64,000 nucleotides of DNA from Chthoniobacteraceae bacterium (lineage in GTDB: Bacteria > Verrucomicrobiota > Verrucomicrobiia > Chthoniobacterales > Chthoniobacteraceae): contig JBILLT010000003.1 in assembly GCA_044375925.1 (NCBI GenBank), forward strand, positions 6,988 to 70,987, read 5' to 3'. Positions 57,680 through 64,000 of this stretch are shown one piece after another. Position 1 is the first letter of the stretch; every line of letters starts with the position of its first letter. The notes below the pieces were generated by a model that searched no databases, was not told the DNA's origin, and saw only the letters and a program-made list of their open reading frames with translations. The position numbers were made by a program, and so were the translations under genes.

Positions 57680-58459
57680 ATGGTATTCTCTAAAATCGGC
57701 GAAGCCACTCTGGGAAGCATTGAATCCGTAGGCAGACTCGCCATCTTCAGCGCCAGAGCGCTGCGCGCGTCAGGTTCCGGCGGGGTGCTTTTCGCGCGGC
57801 TCGTCCGTGCGATTTTCGAGCTTGGGGTTCGGTGCATCCCTGTGATCACGATCATTTCAACCTTCACAGGTCTGGTCCTCGGACTCCAGGGCCACCACGT
57901 GCTGTCCCGCTTCGGCGCCTCCGAGATGCTCGGCACACTTGTTTCCTTGAGCCTCTGCCGAGAACTCGCCCCCGTGCTTGCCGCACTTATGATTGCCGGG
58001 CAGGCGGGCACGGCCTTGTCCGCAGAGCTTGGCATCCAGCGTTCTACCGAACAAATTGATGCTCTCGAATTGATGGGGATTCGTGCCGAAGGTTTCCTTG
58101 TTGGCACTAGGCTCTTCGCAAGCGCTTTTGTTTTCCCAGTGCTCACGGCTATCTTTGTGCTGGTCGGCGTATTCGGCGGCTGGATCTCCGGTTGCTTAAT
58201 GATCCACGCGGACTCCCCCACTTACTGGAGCGCGGTGCATCAAGCGGTCCATCCCAAAGATGTTTTGGAGTGCATGATCAAGGCACTCACATTTGGGTGG
58301 ATCACCATATCGATATGCGCGTTCCAAGGGTTCAACGCGCACTTACTGTCCGGTGTCGCCGGCGCGCGCGCTGTAAGTCTTGCCACCGTGCGTGGCGTGG
58401 TATTCTCGAGCATCGCAGTACTCGCCGCGGACTACCTCATCACAGCCATCATGGTATGA
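57680..58459 (+). CDS. mlaE: Mla/Ttg2-type ABC transporter permease
   Basis: 259 aa with five or six TM segments. SLCRELAPVLAALMIAGQAGTALSAELG and EQIDALELMGI are MlaE hallmark blocks. Confidence 0.85.
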   Translation: MVFSKIGEATLGSIESVGRLAIFSARALRASGSGGVLFARLVRAIFELGVRCIPVITIISTFTGLVLGLQGHHVLSRFGASEMLGTLVSLSLCRELAPVLAALMIAGQAGTALSAELGIQRSTEQIDALELMGIRAEGFLVGTRLFASAFVFPVLTAIFVLVGVFGGWISGCLMIHADSPTYWSAVHQAVHPKDVLECMIKALTFGWITISICAFQGFNAHLLSGVAGARAVSLATVRGVVFSSIAVLAADYLITAIMV

Positions 58460-59283
58460 CACAGGCACTAGACACGGCCGCCGGATCCGGCTCGACGATC
58501 AGCGCAGCGCGCTTAAATCAAGCGGCCACTGCACAAACTCCGCTCGTCAAAGTCCGGGGACTGCGAAAGAGCTTTGGCGATCACCATGTATTGTCGGGTG
58601 TTGATTTCGAAGTCGAACGAGGAGGTATTGTTTCCATTCTTGGAAGAAGCGGCACCGGCAAGTCGGTCCTTTTGAAGTGTGTGGTCGGGCTGCTTCACTT
58701 TGATTCTGGAGAGATTCTTTACGAAGGAAGGCTTCTTGCCAGCAGGGCTCGTTGGGAAGAGCTGCGGGAGAGATCAAGTTACGTATTTCAGCACAACGCG
58801 CTTTTTGATTCGTCTACGGTTCTTGAAAATACCCTAGTACCTTTGCGGGCTCTCGGTAAAGGTTCGCCAAAGGAGTGGTGCGAGCGGGCGCGTGGGGTTT
58901 TGGAAAGGCTTGAACTTCTGGGATCGGCCAACCGCTACCCGGAGGAACTGTCAGGCGGCATGCAAAAACGGCTAGCGGTGGCGAGGGCCTTGGTCACCGA
59001 TCCGGAGGTGGTCTTCTTCGACGAACCCACGGCCGGCTTGGACCCAATCCGAAGAAATGCGGTTTTCGAAATGATCACGCAACTGCAGCGGGAGCGCCAG
59101 TTTACGGCGGTTGTAGTTACGCATGATGTGCAAGAAGCTTTGATTGTCAGCTCCCGCATTATCTGGCTTGATGACGGGAGGGTGCGGTTTCTCGGCTCGA
59201 GCGAGGCTTTTAGCATGTCCGAGGAGCCGGATATTTGTAAATTTCGAGATAATATAGATGCTCTGCGGGCAAGTTTGATGTAA
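58456..59283 (+). CDS. mlaF: Mla-type ABC transporter ATP-binding protein
   Basis: GRSGTGKSVLLK (Walker A), LSGGMQKRLAVARAL (signature) and VVFFDEPTAGLDP (Walker B). The ATG overlaps the mlaE stop (ATGA at 58456-58459). Confidence 0.9.
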   Translation: MTQALDTAAGSGSTISAARLNQAATAQTPLVKVRGLRKSFGDHHVLSGVDFEVERGGIVSILGRSGTGKSVLLKCVVGLLHFDSGEILYEGRLLASRARWEELRERSSYVFQHNALFDSSTVLENTLVPLRALGKGSPKEWCERARGVLERLELLGSANRYPEELSGGMQKRLAVARALVTDPEVVFFDEPTAGLDPIRRNAVFEMITQLQRERQFTAVVVTHDVQEALIVSSRIIWLDDGRVRFLGSSEAFSMSEEPDICKFRDNIDALRASLM

Positions 59284-59304
59284 CAACGATGGCCTCACAC
59301 CCCA

Positions 59305-59775
59305 ATGAATTCACCCCGTCTGGAGAGAGCCGTCGGTCTGTTCGTGCTCGGAGGCATCGCATGCCTCGCTTACTTCTCGTTTGAATTTGGTTCTCAGAGT
59401 CTGGGGAATGGAGAATCCATCGTCGCAGTTGCTCGTTTCGCCAACATCGCGGGCTTGTCAGAGGGCGCTCCCGTCATGATCGCTGGGGTTCCGGTCGGCT
59501 CGGTTGGCAAGCTAACGCTCGGCACCGATTTCTCAGCGCAAGTTGAACTCAAGCTGCGGAAAAACCTCGCGATTCCCTCCGATTCCATCGCATCGATCCG
59601 GGGCAAAGGGCTGCTTGGTGACAAATATGTGGCCATTTCACCCGGCGGCGCAGATGAAAATCTGAGGGACGGCTCTAAAATCACGGACACTGAGGCATCG
59701 GTGGACCTTGAGTCCCTGCTCAGCCGGTTCGCATTTGGAGGAATGCAATCCGACAAAAAAACTTCCACCCCGTAA
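59305..59775 (+). CDS. mlaD: MCE-domain outer-membrane lipid asymmetry protein
   Basis: N-terminal TM, then an MCE core (GLSEGAPVMIAGVPVGSVGKL...IRGKGLLGDKYVAISPG). Confidence 0.8.
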   Translation: MNSPRLERAVGLFVLGGIACLAYFSFEFGSQSLGNGESIVAVARFANIAGLSEGAPVMIAGVPVGSVGKLTLGTDFSAQVELKLRKNLAIPSDSIASIRGKGLLGDKYVAISPGGADENLRDGSKITDTEASVDLESLLSRFAFGGMQSDKKTSTP

Positions 59776-59780
59776 GCGTA

Positions 59781-60383
59781 GTGCATTACCGATCACCCCT
59801 TCCCATCATTGTAGCAACACTGGTCGCCAGTTCAGGTTTCGCGCTAGGCGCCGAAAAGAAATCAGACGCAAGTAGTCCAGAGATCTTCCTGAGGCACGGA
59901 TTGGATGAAATCCTCAGGGTGGCAACCGCTCAAAAGACAGCGGACCCAGTCGCGCTATCGAAGGCGCTGCGTCCAACCCTTGAGAAGTTCTTCAACTTCG
60001 AGGGTCTTACAAAAAGAGCCATCGGCATGGGTTGGCGTGAACTGAGCCCAGACCAGCAAAAAAAAGCGGTGAATCTTTTCTCGGAAATTGTGATCCGCTC
60101 GTACACGGGAAAATTTGACCCGAACAGCAAGTTGGAGATGCAATTCAACGCGCCGATGGACTTGGGTGATGGAAAGAAAGAGGTCCCGGCGGTCGCGCGG
60201 TACCAAGGAAACGCGGTCACTGTGGCATACCGGGTGGAGCATGCCTCCAAGGGATGGATCATCTACGACGTTGTGATCGAAGGTGTGAGCCTCGCCGCAA
60301 ATTATCGGGCGCAATTTGAAGAAATCCGCCAGAAAAGCGGTGGAGCAAATCTACTCGCTGCAATGGAGGGTAAACTCAAGTAA
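59781..60383 (+). CDS. mlaC: Periplasmic phospholipid-binding protein (MlaC/Ttg2D family)
   Basis: GTG start and a signal peptide. FNFEGLTKRAIGMGWRELSPDQQKKAVNLFSEIVIRSY and GWIIYDVVIEGVSLAANYRAQF are typical Ttg2D blocks. Confidence 0.75.
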   Translation: MHYRSPLPIIVATLVASSGFALGAEKKSDASSPEIFLRHGLDEILRVATAQKTADPVALSKALRPTLEKFFNFEGLTKRAIGMGWRELSPDQQKKAVNLFSEIVIRSYTGKFDPNSKLEMQFNAPMDLGDGKKEVPAVARYQGNAVTVAYRVEHASKGWIIYDVVIEGVSLAANYRAQFEEIRQKSGGANLLAAMEGKLK

Positions 60384-60394
60384 TTCAGCAACTC

Positions 60395-61207
60395 ATGCAA
60401 CGTCCATCCAGACACCCCGGGTTTGAAGCAAAAAAACGGAAACTGATGCACTCTGCCCTTCTCAGCATGGCAGCGGTAAATTGCTTCGCAGGAACTTCTT
60501 CGGTCGAAATCAGCAATCGCCCGCGCCGCGCCAGTTCTAAAAACGTCGTTCCTTTTCGTCAGCAAGACAACGATGCAGTGCTTCAAGGCGCAGATAAACT
60601 CAAGACCCCCGATCCGCTGCGGCCGATAAACAAGTTTTTTTTCGGATTCAATCATCAGCTTTACAGGTTCGTTTTTAAGCCCCTTGCAAAGGTCACGACC
60701 ACCATCATCCCAAAACCGATTCGAACAGGGGTAGGAAATGTCATTGAAAACGCAGAGGCACCTGTCCGCATCGTCGGTTGTTTGCTGCAAGGCAAACTTA
60801 GCCGTGCAGGTCAGGAAACAGCAAAACTCGTGGTGAACTCTACCGTCGGCATCGGCGGGATTTTCAAGCCATCACAGTCCATCGATGCACTCAAGGACGT
60901 TCCCCAAGAAGACGTCGGGCAGGCGATCGCCAGTTGGGGAGTTCCCGCTGGTCCGTACTTGGTTCTTCCCGTGATCGGTCCGAGCAATGTGCGAGAGGTA
61001 TTCGGCCACGCCGGTGATGCAGCAGCGAACCCGGCAACGTGGCTCGGAGAGCGCTCGGTCCGAATCCTGATTCGCGGCACAAAAATTGTTCAGGAGAACC
61101 CTTACCGGATGGATCTCTATGATGCGGCAACCAAGCATGCCGTGGATCCTTACACTTCAGTGAAGGAAGCCTACCACAGCTACCGGCAGCACGAAATCGA
61201 CCGCTGA
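60395..61207 (+). CDS. mlaA: MlaA/VacJ-family lipoprotein
   Basis: DPLRPINKFFFGFNHQLYRFVFKPLAKV, STVGIGGIF and YLVLPVIGPSNVRE. An alternative start at the ATG at 60446 gives a shorter signal peptide. Confidence 0.8.
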   Translation: MQRPSRHPGFEAKKRKLMHSALLSMAAVNCFAGTSSVEISNRPRRASSKNVVPFRQQDNDAVLQGADKLKTPDPLRPINKFFFGFNHQLYRFVFKPLAKVTTTIIPKPIRTGVGNVIENAEAPVRIVGCLLQGKLSRAGQETAKLVVNSTVGIGGIFKPSQSIDALKDVPQEDVGQAIASWGVPAGPYLVLPVIGPSNVREVFGHAGDAAANPATWLGERSVRILIRGTKIVQENPYRMDLYDAATKHAVDPYTSVKEAYHSYRQHEIDR

Positions 61208-61270
61208 ACCGAGTTCCCAATCTTAATCAAACGGGGCTTTCGCCCCAGCTGATTCGCAACAATTCAGCGC

Positions 61271-64000
61271 TTACGCCAACTCCTGGCCCGCGGACTGGTC
61301 GTCACTGTGCAGATTTGGGCTCTTACCGAAACTCTCGGCCACACTGGGCACGCTCTCTAATTGCCCCCCTCCGACCACGTTTGAATCTTTTTCAGGAGAG
61401 TCTTCCCTCCTGGTAAATTTCACGCCAACCAGTCGGGAAACCCCATGCTCCTCCATGGTCACGCCGTAGAGTGCATCGGCTCGAGCGATTGTTTTCTTGT
61501 TGTGTGAAATCACAACGAACTGGCTCTGCCCCACAAAGCGGTCGAGAATTTTGATAAAGCGATTGATGTTCGATTCGTCCAAGGGGGCATCCATCTCATC
61601 CAAAACGCAGAATGGACTGGGCTTGACCATGTAAATGGAGAACAGAAGCGCCACAGCCGTCATTGTCTTCTCACCACCCGAAAGCAGAGTGATACTCTGC
61701 AACTGCTTCCCAGGCGGCTTTGCAATAATTTCAATCCCGCTCTCGAGCGGATCTTTCTCATCGCTCAATAGCAAGTTTGCCCGACCGCCTCCAAAAAGTT
61801 CGGTGAACATCTCCTGAAAATTCACCCTGACTTTCTCAAACGTTTCCGAGAAAAGCTGGGTGGTAGTGGCGTTGATCTTTGCGATCACCTGCAACAGTTC
61901 CTCCTTGGACTGCATGAGGTCATTCTGCTGCTTCTCAAGAAAAGCATACCGCTGCTCTAGTTCCTCGAATTCTTGGATCGCCTCAAGATTGACCGGCCCC
62001 ATTGCCTCCAAACGCTGGTCAATCTCCCGCACCATGACCTCGATCCGCAACCAATCCAGTTCATAGGCCTCGACACTCATAGTGTCCCCACCCGAATCAT
62101 CCCCCTGCCCCTCGGCGCTTGTCGCGGCGGCCGGCTCCTCAGAGTCAGCGTTTGAACTGAAACTCCCGCCACTTCGCTGACGCTTCATCGCATCCCGATA
62201 CGCGACTTTTAGGGAGTAGGAGTCCCTTTGAAACTCGCGCAACTCCATTTGATAGCGCCTGCGAATGTGCTCCTCCAACGCGTCCGCTTTCATGCTGACC
62301 TGACTTACACGCACCTCTAATTTGGAGCGTTGCTCGTGAATCCCAGAGAGTGCGGAACGCCTCGTTCTGAGCTCATTCGCCTCCTCTTCAACCTGCGCCG
62401 CCATCGATGAACGCTCCGCCAGAAGCTTGGACACCTCCGCCTCTGACTCTTCAACCCGACCGCGCAATCCTTCCAAGTTCGAATGAATTTCCTCCGTTTC
62501 CGAAAGCGTCGTCGCGATTCGGCCTTCATAATCCTGAATATCCCGCTCGCGCTGCTCCAAGTTGTCGCGAAGCTCAACCAGTCTGGACTCCATCGGTTGG
62601 CGCTGGTGATGAAGCGAAGAGTGCCTCTGCCGCTCGGTGGCAACGCGGACTCTTAGCTCATTCAACTCGGAAACAACCTCGACTTCCTGCGCACGACAGA
62701 CTTCAAGCTGAGCTTGCAACTCTGCCCGCTGAGCCTGCTGTTGATCGATCTGGGAAAGCAGCTCGAAAACCTCCGATTCAAACACCTCGACACGGGCGAG
62801 AGCTTCCTGAAACCGGGCTTGGGCTGCCGATTGTTCGCCACCCATGCCCTCCTGCTTTCGCCGGGTATCACTCAACTCGCGCTCGAGTTGGGCAATCTCT
62901 CCCCGCAAAGTCGACAAAGACAACTGAGCAGACTGCCGCGCCTCCCGTGCATCCTCCTGTTGAACCTGAAGTGCCTTGAGCTGGGCCGCGATCTCGTCAC
63001 GGCTGGTCTGCCGTTCATGGATTTGCGCTGCCAACGCCGACACCTCGTTCTCCAGAGATTGAATCGTGTTTCTTCGTTCAAGCATGGAGGCGGAACCATC
63101 ACCGGAATCCAATCCGCCGCACAACATCCCGTCCCTGGTAAGAACGTCGCCGCTGAGCGTGACCCACATCCACCCCTTGCGAGGACCAAGCCGCATGGCC
63201 GTCTCCAAATCCGGCACCAATACCGCAAACGAGAGTAACCGCTGCACGATTGCTTGAGCCTCCGGCTGCACAGCCACCTTGTCAATCAGCCAGCCCAAAG
63301 CCCCGTCGGGAAGAACTCGGTCAACGTGTCCGTCCTGGTCAAAGGTATGTCCCGTCTCGCGCAAAGCCAGCACAGCGCGCCCCCATTTATTGGCGCGAAG
63401 CGTTTTCAAAATGTGCCCCGCTTTCACGGAATCCCCCGTGACCACCGCCTGCAAATGTGCACCGAAAGCCGCTTCCACCGCTGCGACATATTCAGGTTCC
63501 ACACGGATGAACTGCGCTAGCGCGCCTTCAATCGCCGGCTTGAAAAAATCCGAATTGTCCAACCCTTTCAACACCGCTTGGGTTCCCGCGGAAAATCCCT
63601 CGCCAGACTCAACCAGTCCCCTGAGCACATCCAATCGACTCGCCTTCTCAGAAAGCGTCCGCTCCAACTGGCGAATCTCACCCTCGACTGTGGCCAACCC
63701 CATTGTGCTCAATCGCAGATTGCCTTCAACCTCAGTCAACTCCACCGCGCGGCGGGCCAAAGATTCCTCGTTTTCGAGAACGCGATCGCGCGCGTCACTC
63801 AACCCAGACTCAACCCGGGCCGCAGCTTCTCCCAATTGATCCAACTCCGCCTGTAGAATCCCCAACCGCGCCTCGGCGCCCTCTCGCTGCTGTGCGACAG
63901 CAGCTAATTGACCGCGCACGGCCGAAACACGGTGCTCCAGACGCTGCACCTCATGCCCCACCCGGTGCATCGCGCTTTCAGCATCACCCCGTTGCCCGGA
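61271..64000 (-). CDS. smc: Chromosome partition protein SMC; 5' end lies beyond the window (partial)
   Basis: Long coiled-coil, hinge region (GWLIDKVAV...), and a C-terminal ABC signature and Walker B (LLSGGEKTMTAVALLFSIYMVKPSPFCVLDEMDAPLDESN). The frame appears open to the window edge; the Met at 63970 is internal. Confidence 0.9.
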   Translation of the reverse strand, partial: SGQRGDAESAMHRVGHEVQRLEHRVSAVRGQLAAVAQQREGAEARLGILQAELDQLGEAAARVESGLSDARDRVLENEESLARRAVELTEVEGNLRLSTMGLATVEGEIRQLERTLSEKASRLDVLRGLVESGEGFSAGTQAVLKGLDNSDFFKPAIEGALAQFIRVEPEYVAAVEAAFGAHLQAVVTGDSVKAGHILKTLRANKWGRAVLALRETGHTFDQDGHVDRVLPDGALGWLIDKVAVQPEAQAIVQRLLSFAVLVPDLETAMRLGPRKGWMWVTLSGDVLTRDGMLCGGLDSGDGSASMLERRNTIQSLENEVSALAAQIHERQTSRDEIAAQLKALQVQQEDAREARQSAQLSLSTLRGEIAQLERELSDTRRKQEGMGGEQSAAQARFQEALARVEVFESEVFELLSQIDQQQAQRAELQAQLEVCRAQEVEVVSELNELRVRVATERQRHSSLHHQRQPMESRLVELRDNLEQRERDIQDYEGRIATTLSETEEIHSNLEGLRGRVEESEAEVSKLLAERSSMAAQVEEEANELRTRRSALSGIHEQRSKLEVRVSQVSMKADALEEHIRRRYQMELREFQRDSYSLKVAYRDAMKRQRSGGSFSSNADSEEPAAATSAEGQGDDSGGDTMSVEAYELDWLRIEVMVREIDQRLEAMGPVNLEAIQEFEELEQRYAFLEKQQNDLMQSKEELLQVIAKINATTTQLFSETFEKVRVNFQEMFTELFGGGRANLLLSDEKDPLESGIEIIAKPPGKQLQSITLLSGGEKTMTAVALLFSIYMVKPSPFCVLDEMDAPLDESNINRFIKILDRFVGQSQFVVISHNKKTIARADALYGVTMEEHGVSRLVGVKFTRREDSPEKDSNVVGGGQLESVPSVAESFGKSPNLHSDDQSAGQELA

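Overview
GC-rich, densely coding 64-kb chromosomal segment: about 50 protein genes and 2 tRNAs. I found no rRNA, CRISPR array, transposase or integrase. All calls come from reading the ORF translations and the DNA by eye; no homology search was run, so family names rest on recognised motifs. Gene content points to a PVC-type, Verrucomicrobiota-like diderm, but that is inference only. The content in question is many secreted BamB/PQQ-like beta-propellers, an arylsulfatase, a NanM-like Kelch protein, a GH57 gene beside a DUF4912 gene, and a full Mla system. Housekeeping genes present are argG, hisF, gnd, pgsA, recF, folP, mpl, mlaEFDC-mlaA, pepF and smc (partial at the window end). Four regions deserve a second look. 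(1) A minus-strand cluster at 4.3-18.4 kb has a core of six genes (5656-12382) whose start and stop codons overlap at every junction. The core encodes a LuxE-like acyl-adenylate enzyme, a LuxC-like reductase, an Fe-alcohol dehydrogenase, a beta-propeller, a HemN-like radical SAM enzyme and a chorismate-lyase-fold protein. It is flanked by an MFS transporter with a large insertion and three more propeller paralogues. The first core gene carries an in-frame TAA immediately before its TGGTTGxPK nucleotide-binding loop. (2) An RHS/YD-repeat polymorphic toxin (50757-55397) has a C-terminal HExxH metallopeptidase module, an overlapping secreted immunity-like gene, and tRNA-Val immediately downstream of that immunity gene. 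(3) A membrane-anchored metzincin with two C-terminal Ig I-set-like domains sits upstream of HtrA. (4) A run of three uncharacterised secreted proteins follows hisF and GH57 on the same strand. Several long ORFs in the supplied track are antisense shadows or 5' over-extensions and were trimmed or rejected.
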